Positions 1 through 10,500 of a DNA stretch of 23,226 bases are shown here, in pieces. Below the pieces are notes generated by a model that saw nothing but the letters and a program-made list of their open reading frames with translations, ran no database searches and had not been told where the DNA came from. Origin of the DNA: Leptospirales bacterium (GTDB lineage: Bacteria; Spirochaetota; Leptospiria; Turneriellales; JAOUFE01); contig JBEQLE010000071.1 in assembly GCA_040326155.1 (NCBI GenBank), positions 1 through 23,226 on the forward strand, in the 5' to 3' direction. Every line of letters starts with the position of its first letter. The stretch's first letter is position 1. Made by a program: the position numbers and the translations under genes.

Positions 1-24
1 AAGTCAAATAAATTGTTGATATGG

Positions 25-49
25 TAGGTATAAGCTGTACTTATACCTA
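25..49. promoter_or_regulatory. LysR-type autoregulatory operator (T-N11-A palindrome)
   Basis: Perfect 10-bp inverted repeat TAGGTATAAG-ctgta-CTTATACCTA (25-34/40-49). It contains T31-N11-A43 and overlaps the RBS/ATG of the LysR gene. Confidence 0.75.
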
Positions 50-918
50 TGGAACTGAAACAGTTGACGTATTTTGTTGAAATTATCCGTTCGGGTAGCC
101 TTACCCAGGCGGCGAAAAAGCTGGCGGTGACGCAGCCGGCTTTGAGTCAGGCGGTACAAAACCTGGAGCGCGGGGTGGGGTATATGCTGGTAGAAAGGGG
201 GCCTCGTGGGCTTTCGCTTACACCGAAGGGGAAGATATTTTTAAGGTATGCGGTTGAGGTTCTCGACGCAGCGGACAACCTGATGGAAGCGGCCAAAGGG
301 GCCGAAGAGGTTGAGAAACTTAGAATATATTCAGGACAAACGGTGGCAACATGGGTACTACCAGGAATTTTCTCCCAGCTGAAAAAAGAGTATTCAGATC
401 TGTTTATTGAAATTCGAGAAGGCGATGACCAGTTTGTTAAAAAGTCCCTGCTTTCGGGGGAGGCTGATCTTGCGATTACAACAGAGCAGATTGAAAATGA
501 AGATGTCATATCGGAATTCTTATGCGAAGATACAATTGGACCGGCGATAGCTACAGAACATCCATTGGCTCAAAAATTAAAAATTACTTTAAGTGAAATA
601 CTCAAAGAGAAATTTATTTTATACCACGCAGAATCGGCGATGCAAAAAATAATGGACAAGCTTTTGACGGAAGCCAGAATCTCAGATTCCATTGGCCGAG
701 TGATGGAGGTGCGCAGTCTTGCCGGGATGGTGAAAAATATTGAAGCGGGTCTAGGCGTGGGTTTTGTGTCGAGCCTGGTAAAAAGTGAAAAACTGCGCAT
801 GGTGGGGCCACAGCAGTTAACATATAAAAGAAAGTTTTTTCTGGCGGTTCGAAATAAAAGAGAAGTTCGATTTAAAAAAATCTCAAGATCGATACTTGAA
901 ATCGGCCAGAAAATTTAA
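49..918 (+). CDS. LysR family transcriptional regulator
   Basis: N-terminal LysR HTH (MELKQLTYF...SGSLTQAAKKLAVTQPALSQAVQNLE...LSLTPKG), C-terminal PBP2 substrate-binding domain, 289 aa. Confidence 0.97.
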   Translation: MELKQLTYFVEIIRSGSLTQAAKKLAVTQPALSQAVQNLERGVGYMLVERGPRGLSLTPKGKIFLRYAVEVLDAADNLMEAAKGAEEVEKLRIYSGQTVATWVLPGIFSQLKKEYSDLFIEIREGDDQFVKKSLLSGEADLAITTEQIENEDVISEFLCEDTIGPAIATEHPLAQKLKITLSEILKEKFILYHAESAMQKIMDKLLTEARISDSIGRVMEVRSLAGMVKNIEAGLGVGFVSSLVKSEKLRMVGPQQLTYKRKFFLAVRNKREVRFKKISRSILEIGQKI

Positions 919-943
919 TCTACTTAATTTAATCTTGATTGAA

Positions 944-1312
944 TTACATTGTTGCATCAAGTGCATATTTGTTGAGAACTTCGCGATCTATGAACTCTAT
1001 AGTACTAATATGAGTTGATTTCAGGTAAATATTCGGAGCTTTACCAGCTTCGTGTGCTTCCATCCAACGAGAAAGGCAGATACACCACCTGTCCCCTTTT
1101 TTCAGGCCCTTGAATCCAGATGTTTTTTGCGCAGTACTCAGATCGTTACCTGTAGATTTGCTGAAAGCTAGAAATTCATCTGTAATTTCTACACATACCG
1201 AGTGCATACCCTGGTCTTCAGCGCTTGTATCACACTTTCCGTTTCGATAAAAACCTGTTACGGGGTCTTCGCAGCACATTTCAAGATTACTGCCGAGTAC
1301 ATTTTTTGCCAT
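944..1312 (-). CDS. DUF2237 family protein
   Basis: Characteristic motifs NVLGSNLEMCCEDPVTGFYRNGKC, HSVC, GNDLST, GLKKGDRWCICLSRW; 122 aa. Confidence 0.93.
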   Translation of the reverse strand: MAKNVLGSNLEMCCEDPVTGFYRNGKCDTSAEDQGMHSVCVEITDEFLAFSKSTGNDLSTAQKTSGFKGLKKGDRWCICLSRWMEAHEAGKAPNIYLKSTHISTIEFIDREVLNKYALDATM

Positions 1313-1353
1313 TTTGGCACTGTTTAGAGCCTGTAAATGTGGTAAAGCAAAAT

Positions 1354-2493
1354 CTACATTACATTAATCTGGCCGGGTTTAAAGTGCATTTTTTGTATGG
1401 CTTCGACTTCGTGCCGGTTTTCTTCTAAAATAGCTAAACAATCAGAATCAAGCTTGTTTTTTGCCATCTCCCTCAGCGTTGCAAAAGCTTTATCGTTGCT
1501 CCACGCCTCTTTATACGGCCTCTCGGTGGTTAATGCATCAAAAATATCAGAGATGGTTATTATTCTTGTCACCATGGGTACCTCATCCCCGGAAAGTCCA
1601 TGCGGGTATCCACTTCCGTCGAGCATCTCGTGGTGAAGCTCAACGATATGAAATATCATTTCGATTTCTACGCTAATTTTCAGATCAAAAGTTTTTATCA
1701 GCTCCAGCAGAATTTTTTTCCCTTCGGTAGTATGAGTTTTCATAATATCCCATTCATCTTCCGAAAGTGGTCCGGGTTTTCTCAGTATCTGGTCCGGTAT
1801 AGCAATTTTGCCTAAATCGTGCAGAGGCGAGAACAGGTATATATATTCAATATCCCTGTCGGTGTAGTTGACTTTACCTTTACGAGCTAACTCCATCGCT
1901 ATTAATCTCGAATATTTTGACATCCTCTCTAGATGTTCTCCCGTTTCAGGATCTTTATAATGGACATAGGTATTGGCCGAGCGAAAGGCGGCTACCATCG
2001 TCTTAATCGTTGTAAGATCTATGTATACAAAATCCGAAATGAGTTGGCTCATCATTTCTAAATATTCTATGTTTTGCTCGGCGAAGTTGTTTTTCTTCAT
2101 AGAGTTAAAAAAAATAAATCCGTAGAAAACCCCCAGACGAAACATCGGAAAAGTATAACTCGATTTATATCCTTTTTTTGCTATTTTTTGCGTGTGAACG
2201 CCTTTTCCTTTTGCAAATACCGTCATATCATGAATCGTACGGCTGGACATGTTTTGCATGAGCGTTCGCAGCCCTGGAGTCTCTTTTAAAGTGGTTTCGT
2301 AAAACATTAGGGGATTTTCGCCTTCATCTATAGATAGGTATGTTTTTAAAATATCTGTCTGTTGATCGTATAATACGACTGCTATTCTCTCGATACCTCC
2401 GATTGTACTATTTACCCTTTCATAAACTTTTTCAAGTTTTGTTTGTGGTGATGAAACTTCGTAAAGGTATTCGTGTTTATTTTTTTCTATCAT
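1354..2493 (-). CDS. HD-GYP cyclic di-GMP phosphodiesterase with N-terminal GAF-like domain
   Basis: KDPETGEHLERM, PLHDLGKIAIPDQILRKPGPLS, HHEMLDGSGYPHGL, DIFDALTTERPYK; N-terminal SSYTFPMFRLGVFYGFIFFNS is GAF-like. Confidence 0.95.
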   Translation of the reverse strand: MIEKNKHEYLYEVSSPQTKLEKVYERVNSTIGGIERIAVVLYDQQTDILKTYLSIDEGENPLMFYETTLKETPGLRTLMQNMSSRTIHDMTVFAKGKGVHTQKIAKKGYKSSYTFPMFRLGVFYGFIFFNSMKKNNFAEQNIEYLEMMSQLISDFVYIDLTTIKTMVAAFRSANTYVHYKDPETGEHLERMSKYSRLIAMELARKGKVNYTDRDIEYIYLFSPLHDLGKIAIPDQILRKPGPLSEDEWDIMKTHTTEGKKILLELIKTFDLKISVEIEMIFHIVELHHEMLDGSGYPHGLSGDEVPMVTRIITISDIFDALTTERPYKEAWSNDKAFATLREMAKNKLDSDCLAILEENRHEVEAIQKMHFKPGQINVM

Positions 2494-2580
2494 AAGTTCT
2501 CTTCATATTTTATTGCCAATCTTTTAACATTTAGTGAAATTTGAAGCTTTTTTTGTATTTTATCGTTCGTTTAGTTTCCC

Positions 2581-3228
2581 TTATTCGCATAATTCATCAA
2601 GGTCATTTTTAATTTCCTTGCGGTATCCAAAAGGAAGCTCATTAATGTGGTTTATAAACCTGATAAATTCGTCATAAATCTGTATTGGCAGTTGGTGGAT
2701 TACCTCTTCAATTTTATAATCGGGTGGTTGGTTGTAGTATTTATAAATTTCATGTTTTTGATAGATAAGGCGATAACGTGTAATTCTGCTTCCTGATTCA
2801 ATATAATAAAGCTCAGATATCCCGTCCGTGTGCCAGTGGGGTTTTCCATCATCTCTTTCTGCAAGAAATTCACCTTTGACATTGATGAGGTGGTTGGCCT
2901 TTTCTTCCACATTAAAATGGGTTTGCAGGTAATGAGAGAGCGCAGTGTCTTCGTCGACAAAGGAACACCCGATTACATATTTGTGCTGTCTTAAAACTTT
3001 AAGTTGCGTTACAAAACTTTCCCCAGGCAGCTCAATATTACCTTTCAAATTGGTTCCCGGTGCAAGGTAGACACGGGTGTCTTGTATCCATAACCCGATT
3101 CCATTTTCAGAGATGTTTGCCAGCGGTACCTCTGTGGGTAAATTATGGGTTCCTGGTGCCTCCGGTATAAAATTAATATCGCCTAAAGACCAGTTTTTAA
3201 TTCGTACAGCTCGATTTTGTTTTCCCAT
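2581..3228 (-). CDS. PilZ-like domain protein (possibly degenerate c-di-GMP site)
   Basis: QNRAVRI (degenerate RxxxR) and LANISENGIGL (D/NxSxxG), followed by beta-barrel-like sequence ending IGCSF; adjacent to the HD-GYP gene. Confidence 0.65.
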   Translation of the reverse strand: MGKQNRAVRIKNWSLGDINFIPEAPGTHNLPTEVPLANISENGIGLWIQDTRVYLAPGTNLKGNIELPGESFVTQLKVLRQHKYVIGCSFVDEDTALSHYLQTHFNVEEKANHLINVKGEFLAERDDGKPHWHTDGISELYYIESGSRITRYRLIYQKHEIYKYYNQPPDYKIEEVIHQLPIQIYDEFIRFINHINELPFGYRKEIKNDLDELCE

Positions 3229-3285
3229 TTGCTATAATCATATTACTACTTATTTTCGTTTCTTTCAATTTCTTTTTATCTATTT

Positions 3286-4212
3286 TTATCTGTTTAAAGA
3301 AGTTACTAAACCGAGATAATGAAGGGCTGTGTGCTGGTAGAGTACTTCATCTGCCCAACTTAAATGAGTTCGTATTTTCCCGGGCAAGCTGATTCCATCA
3401 CCGGGCTGAAAATATTCACCAGCAAGGTGTTCTTCAACAAAGCCAATTATCTTTTTCTCAATGTGAGATTCTATTTTTGGACCGTCATCCGGGAAGGAGT
3501 TTTTTACCCATTCCAGGTTGTCCCACGCATGAGGAACAACATCATTCTGGTTGTGGTATCTGCCGATATCGGCCTGGAACTGTTGTACAAGCCAATCGGC
3601 CCAGATTTTATTTCCAGTTGTTTGCCCGGCAAAGGTTACAGGCCATACGGTACGGGTTTCACCGTGTTTTTTTAGTTTGGCGTAAAGATAGGCGCTTACC
3701 ATGTAACTCAACGCACCGCCCAGAGAGTGCCCAACCACTGCAATAGGTAATGACTCGGGCAATCGGTTTTCTTTAATTTCCTGTAGGAAAAATTGCTTGA
3801 GTGTTAATTTCTTGTTGGTTAAAGAAATAATGCTTTCGAGACCCTCGTTCGAACCGTGGGCAACCTTTGCCCCTGCCGGCGCTTCACCATATTTCCAGTC
3901 AACCATTTTGAACACTTCAAAATCTTCTACAATCCAGTTTGTAAAAAAAGTAACCGGAGAAGTTATGCTACCAAAAGAGCCGCGAATGGCAACAGCATAT
4001 TGCCCTGAATTTTTTTCACGTACCACATAGACAAGGTTGGCCTTATTTTCTGCAAACCAGACAAGTTTCCATTGTCCTGCGGTCGGTGTATAATTTAGTT
4101 TTAATTGCAAGCGGAGGTCCATTTTATCGGAATAGGCAAGGTAAGCCAGATTGATCGCTATAGACGCTGCTTTGTGGTCTGCGTTATTTTCCGGTGTTAT
4201 AGTATTGTTCAT
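3286..4212 (-). CDS. Lipase class 3 family alpha/beta hydrolase
   Basis: YAVAIRGS, VVGHSLGGALS (GxSxG nucleophile), TFAGQTTGN, NQNDVVPH, C-terminal YQHTALHYL; no signal peptide visible. Confidence 0.92.
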   Translation of the reverse strand: MNNTITPENNADHKAASIAINLAYLAYSDKMDLRLQLKLNYTPTAGQWKLVWFAENKANLVYVVREKNSGQYAVAIRGSFGSITSPVTFFTNWIVEDFEVFKMVDWKYGEAPAGAKVAHGSNEGLESIISLTNKKLTLKQFFLQEIKENRLPESLPIAVVGHSLGGALSYMVSAYLYAKLKKHGETRTVWPVTFAGQTTGNKIWADWLVQQFQADIGRYHNQNDVVPHAWDNLEWVKNSFPDDGPKIESHIEKKIIGFVEEHLAGEYFQPGDGISLPGKIRTHLSWADEVLYQHTALHYLGLVTSLNR

Positions 4213-4343
4213 ATAAATCCTTTTCGTTGAAGCATAAATTTTATATTTTCAAAACAAACATAAAGATGTATTATAAACTGCAATGAACTACATTAAGTCA
4301 AGTAATTAATTTTAAATTTGTACTTCGGGGGATTGAAATAAAC

Positions 4344-4368
4344 CACCTCCCCCCGGCGGTTAGCCGGG
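4344..4368. repeat. Terminal motif of the module-leader repeat (CACCTCCCC..GGCGGTTAGCCGG hairpin)
   Basis: Same motif at 17841-17862 and 23207-23226; contains the stem CCCGGC-GGTTA-GCCGGG. Confidence 0.75.
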
Positions 4369-4387
4369 CATAAGATATAAAAAGATC

Positions 4388-4418
4388 TTGACATAGAGGG
4401 CCATTAAATTTCTATAAA
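4388..4418 (+). promoter_or_regulatory. Candidate sigma70 promoter for the S8-RHS gene
   Basis: TTGACA at 4388-4393 and TATAAA at 4413-4418 (19-nt spacer, suboptimal); strong RBS AGGAGA just upstream of ATG 4517. Confidence 0.35.
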
Positions 4419-4516
4419 TTGAAAGTCTCCTACATTAGAAAAATAAAAAAGATAAGAAAGATAGAAAAATTTAACTGTGCAACAACGTGCGGTTTAGCCG
4501 AGTATAGGAGAACTTT

Positions 4517-7500
4517 ATGAGGGAATTATCGCATGGTTGGGTCCGTGCCAGAAAATTTTTAAAGTATGTACTGTTTTTTATTCCAATAATACTTGCTGTT
4601 GGCGTATTCGTAAATTATACTGGAATCTTTAATACTTCTGATGCGAAAGATTATACTGCTTCGTTAGTATCCCCTGAATATCAAGAAAAAATTTCTCAGT
4701 TATGTTCTAATGAGTTATCGGCAAATTCACCGCACTGTCGTTACCTGAAAACGAATGCTTCGTGGGAACACCGTGTTCTGGTTATACTGAAAAACGAGAA
4801 TGTGAATATCCAAAATGTTTTAGCAAAAATAATAGCTGATTATAAAATTCAAGAAGGCGATGGGAATAAAAAAAACACAACTGGAACGATTTCTTACACC
4901 CTGTTAGACTCAACACATGCTTTTTTTGAAGTTTCTACACAAAACGATAAGAATCGTCTGCAAAAGTTATTACGGCAATATAAAGACACAATTGAATCGG
5001 TAACCGACCGAAAAATTCAAATTACTGCGGAGCCGCAACCGCTTTCGGTAAAAAAGCCAAAACTTTTTTCACCGAAAGATCCATACATGGATCGCCAGTG
5101 GGCGTTGGCAGCAATAGAGGCTGAAAGTGCCTGGGGTGAAATGACAAACACAACCAATCGTAATGTGATTGTCGCCATACTCGATTCGGGTGTAGACTAT
5201 AACCATCCCGAACTAACCAACCAGATTGTTTCTGGTTACGATTTTGTACGCAATGATAACATCGCCGAAGATGAGAATGGTCATGGAACGGCCGTTGCCG
5301 GAATTATTGCAGCGCAGACAAATAAAAAAGGTATAACCGGCGTGAATCCACTGGTTAAAATAATGCCGTTGAAGGTTATTGACAAGAATGGAAACGGTTC
5401 TTTAACAAATCTGTTATTGGCAATTCAATACGCAGTAGATAACGGTGCCTCTGTTATTAATATTAGCGCGGGTTTTATAGAAAAAAATAACGATGGACCG
5501 CTCGTTGAAGTGGTACAGTCTTATATAAACTATGCCTTGAATAAAGGGGTTGTTGTTGTCGCCTCCGCCGGAAATATACCTGTACAAGCTGATGAACTCG
5601 TTCTACCCGCTATAGCGGATGATATAATTTCGGTTTCTTCGTTGGATCGAAACGGAGAACCGGTTCTTCGTTCGAACAATTTTCAACCGGGATTGTACGC
5701 ACCTGGCGTTTCTATATTAACACTAAACAATCTGGGTGTTCAAAACAGACTCATCGATGTATTTAAAACGAACAATTTATTTGGATATGTTACCGGTTCA
5801 TCTGGAGCTACCGCCGTTGTTACGGGTATTGTCTCTTTATTAGTAACCGAGCTTCCAGGGTTATCACCCCTGTATTACAAAGCGGTTTTGGAAAATAGCG
5901 CACAAAACAGAAATGCAAACGCTTATGAAGCAATGTTGTTATTGAAAAAAAGTTTAAACCCTGAAGATTCAGACAATAAAAGTAATGCGCAAGAACCATC
6001 CGGGGCTGAAGAAATGAACACACAAATTTCAACACAGTTTTGTGCTCCAGGGCATTACGAGTTAATTAGTTCTTGTACGCAAAGTACTTATGTGGATTGT
6101 TCCAAGTGGTGTCAATACCCAAATGTAAAGAGCTACCCTTACCCCGGTTGCAAAGGTGGTTCAGAATATGATTTTGATTCGGCAAGTGGTACGAATACAG
6201 ACCACTGTTGGAAACCAGTTATCGTTGTTGACGCAGCCCTGCTTGAAAAAGCGATTCGAGAAAAAGAACTCGCCATTGCTTTGGCATTGTTGGTTCTATA
6301 CTCATCGAATTTAACAGATGACGATTTACAACAACTTATTAAAACCGTCGAAAAAATTTACGGGATAAGCGCCGAGCAGACCGCCGGTATGGATCGCGCT
6401 GAATTGTTGGAGACGTTAGTTACCGATGTCTCCACTGAAATGGTCGATCAGGATTATCCCACTCTCACGCAAAATGAACGTACGTTATTGGCCGAAGCCG
6501 TAACCTCCGCCTCTTTATATGAAATAAAACAACGAGATTATAATCTTCCCCAGAGCGCTTTTTGTGACGGTAACCCGGTACGAATGTCGAGTTGTACAAA
6601 AGAGACAACCGCGCTTGATTTGAGTATACCTGTTTTAAGCGATCGATTTGAAATAAAACGAAAACACTCTACGTTCTATAAAGACAATTACTCTTTTGGG
6701 AAAGCATGGTTTTTTAATTACGATACTCGAATAATTCTGGGTGTAAAAAAAGACGCCGAAAAACTTTTAGCACTGGGACGTACCATTTTAAATAGTACAA
6801 CCGAACGACTCGAAACGTTAAAGGCGGCGCAAGCCGATATTCAAAGTTATATTGATGAAATTGACGGTATTTATAATCGTCTGAACAACAATATGGATTT
6901 AATCGGCTCTTTATGGTCTGAAGCTGAAAGCATTCGACAACATGCAAAAGCGGAGCGAAACCTGGCTATTACAAAACGCAACGAAACAAAGACCCAGGCC
7001 GACAAAGCCATAACCCACGCAACGAATTCTAACGCCAACGGAGCCAACGCTGTAATTTCCAAAGCTCGAAAAGCCATCGACGATGCAAATTTCTATATGA
7101 ACCATGCGAAAAACAATTATACAAAAATTGTCAACCGTATAAACACCGCCTCGAACTCTACTCCCGATGCGACTGAATTACTGTCGAGACTGGAAGAAAT
7201 TCGCTCCAGCATGAATGGAAAAAAAGCGACTATGGACACACTGGTCAATACCATGCAGACTCATGTAGATGAGTTGAGCGCAGAGGTCGAAACTCTACAA
7301 ACCGACGCAGAAATTGCAAGAGTTCATATGGAAAATAACCGATACGCAGTAGACCCTGAAAATGCCGAAACACAACAGTTCGGTAATGACTATATAAAAT
7401 GGATAGACGAAAATGGGAATAATCATTTTTTTGTTGTGAACGAAAATGGAACGGTTGAACCCGTGCGCGCTCAAAACTATAACGGCATAAATGGATTAGA

Positions 7501-10500
7501 ACTTGTAAAAAACAGTGACGAAACTTATTTGCTAAAAACTCTTTCTGGCTCAGAATACAGATTCGATAAAAATGGTTTACTTGTTTCTAAAGCCGATGAC
7601 TATGGAACGACGTTACGTTTTCAGTATTCTGAACCGGTACAAATTGGAGCGGGCGAAATAAAGCCTCTAAAAAGTGTGCAAGATCGTTTCAATAGAAAAC
7701 TGTCGTTCGAGTACACGGGGCGAAATATTACATCCATAACCGATTTTACAGGGCGGATTATTCGTTACACATACAACGATGGCTTTTTAAGTTCGCATAC
7801 CGACGCTATGGGGTTTTCCATAGCGTATGAATATGACGTTGAAAACATGATCGTTACCAAAGTGGTCGACCGAAACGGAGGCGAGAAAAAATACGAATAT
7901 GAAAACATCAGCGATACGCCAAGGGTGGTCAAAGAGACAGACCCTCGGGGCAATACATGGCAGTTTGATTTTGACCCCGATGCGAAAACAACAGAAATAA
8001 CAGACCGGCGCGGTTTTACCACAACATATTATTCTAACGAGGCGGGTTCTACAACGAAAATTGTTCATCCAGATGACAGCTCTATAGAGTATTTTTACGA
8101 CCAAAAACAAAACAGGACCGCCCAAAAAGATGAGAATGGGAACATAACTGGTTATGTTTATAACGAGCAAAACCAGGTACAAAAAATAGTACTGCCCAAC
8201 AATGGAGTTATTACGTATGCATATTATAGCAGTGGAAAAGTAAAATCGATTACCGACCCGCAAGGGGGCAAATACTCTTATACGTATAATGCACGAGGTA
8301 AAGTTTTAACCCAGAGCGGGCCTGATGGTGCCACCATGCGTTATGTTTATAACTCGACTGGACAACCGGTGAAAGTGACGAACTCTCTCGGGCACTCAAC
8401 AGTGATGACCTATGACCAATTTGGTTATATAGCTTCGAAGAGAGATGCTTCTGGCGCTTTGATTACGATGGAGTTTGATACACTGGGTCGGCCAATAATG
8501 ATTATTGCACCGGACACGGGAGAGATGTATTATGAATATGACCCGTTAAATCGGATCACATCTGTGATGGACCCTCTCGGTTATATTTCCAGTTTTGAAT
8601 ATTTTCCAGATGGGCAAATTTCTAAAAAAGTTCTTCCGTTAAACCGTGTTTTTACGTATGTATATGATATATCGGGAAACCTGATTCGTTTGGATGAACC
8701 GGGCGGGGTATTTGTGGAGTATGAATACGACGAAGAAGAAAATCTGGTTTCACAGTCGAAAAATGGAGTAGAAACGTTTCGCGCAGAACTCGATAGTCGT
8801 GGTCGAATCACAACATCTTTGGATGGTGGTTCCTCATATACAACAGAGTTTTTCTACGATAGAGCCGGTAATGTAATCAAACTCACAGATGCTTATGACA
8901 ACTATTACTCTTTCGTTTATAACAGTATGAACCAGTTGATTTCTGCTCAAGATCGACTCGGCAGTACGAACCATATTGAGTATGACTTAAATGGAAATAG
9001 AATCGCCTCTATCGATAAGCTAAATTCCAAAACTGAATATGTTTATGATTCGGTAAATCGTCTGGTCGAAACTGTGGACTCTCTTGGTGGGTCGATGCAG
9101 ATGCAGTACGACCTGATGGGAAATCGAAGTAGGGTGGTTGACAATAATGGCAACGTTACTACGTTCAGGTATAATAATGCAAATCGCCTTTCGAGTGTGA
9201 CCGACTCTCTTGGTGCACGAAGTAACTATTATTACGATAAAAAAGGGAATCGCGTGAAAGTGGTAGCACCCAACGGTGCAGAAACGTTAATGCAATACGA
9301 CTTGAAAAGCAGGGTAGTGGCAATTGTCGACGCTTTGGGTCAAAAAAGTGTGTTGGAGTATGACGCTGCTGATAATATCACCCATGCCAAAAATGCAAAT
9401 GGTGAACTGAGCAGTGTAAAATACGACATTCGAAACAGACCGATTTTATACCAGGACCCTCTGGGTAATAAAGTGAATTTGCAGTACGATAATTTTGACA
9501 ACATGGTTCGGGCCACAGACCCGCTGGGCAGTGTCGCGCTATTTACATATGACCAACGCAACAAATTGATCGAGACCCGAAAACCAGGCGGCGGAAAAAA
9601 TCAGTTTTCGTATGACCGGCTAGATCGTCTGCTTGAAAAAACTGACGCTCTCGGAAGAAGTACAAATTACAGTTACGACTCAGAAGGTCGATTGGCGCAG
9701 GTGAGCGACGCTTTGGGTAATTCCACTTCGTACATTTACGACGCCGAGGGGCGACTTTTGTCGTACACCAATGCAAACGACCACGTCACTTCTTACACCT
9801 ACGATTCACTCTCTCGCCTGATTCGCGAGAGCGACGCTCTAAAAAACAGTACCCGTTTTTCCTATGATGCAAACAGTAACTTACTGCAAAAATCATTGCC
9901 CGGTGGAGGAACTATCTCTTTCAGCTATGATGCCAAAAACCGCTTAGTGAAAAAAGCGACATCGGACTCCATGGTAAATACATACCAGTATGACGTTGTG
10001 GATAATCTGGTTTCTGCACAGAATGCAAATTACATAGAAAACTATTCCTACGATTTACTCAAGCGAAAGATTCATGTAAATAACATTACTCACAATAAAA
10101 GTATAGAATACCAATACGACGCTGTAGGTCGAAGAACTTACATGAGCTCACCAAAAGCTCCGGGCAGTGGAACCGAGTACCGATACGACAGAGGCGGAAA
10201 TCTGGTCGGAGTCCGTTTCCCGGAAACTCCCAACCGGGAGAATCTGCTGCAATACGACGCGGCAGGCCGAGTGGCCAACAAGCAGTATGTGAACGGTGTC
10301 GTAAAAAACATCGCTTACGACGCCGACGGAAATATAACACGCCAAAGCGAAACTTTAAACGGAACTTCAATAGTCGATTTTGCCTACGAATATGACAAAG
10401 TGGGAAACCCGATTCGGATAACCAGAGAAACCGGCAGAACAGACGAGATGACTTACGACAAACTGAACCGAATGACCGAGTTTGTGCGCGGGGCATACTC

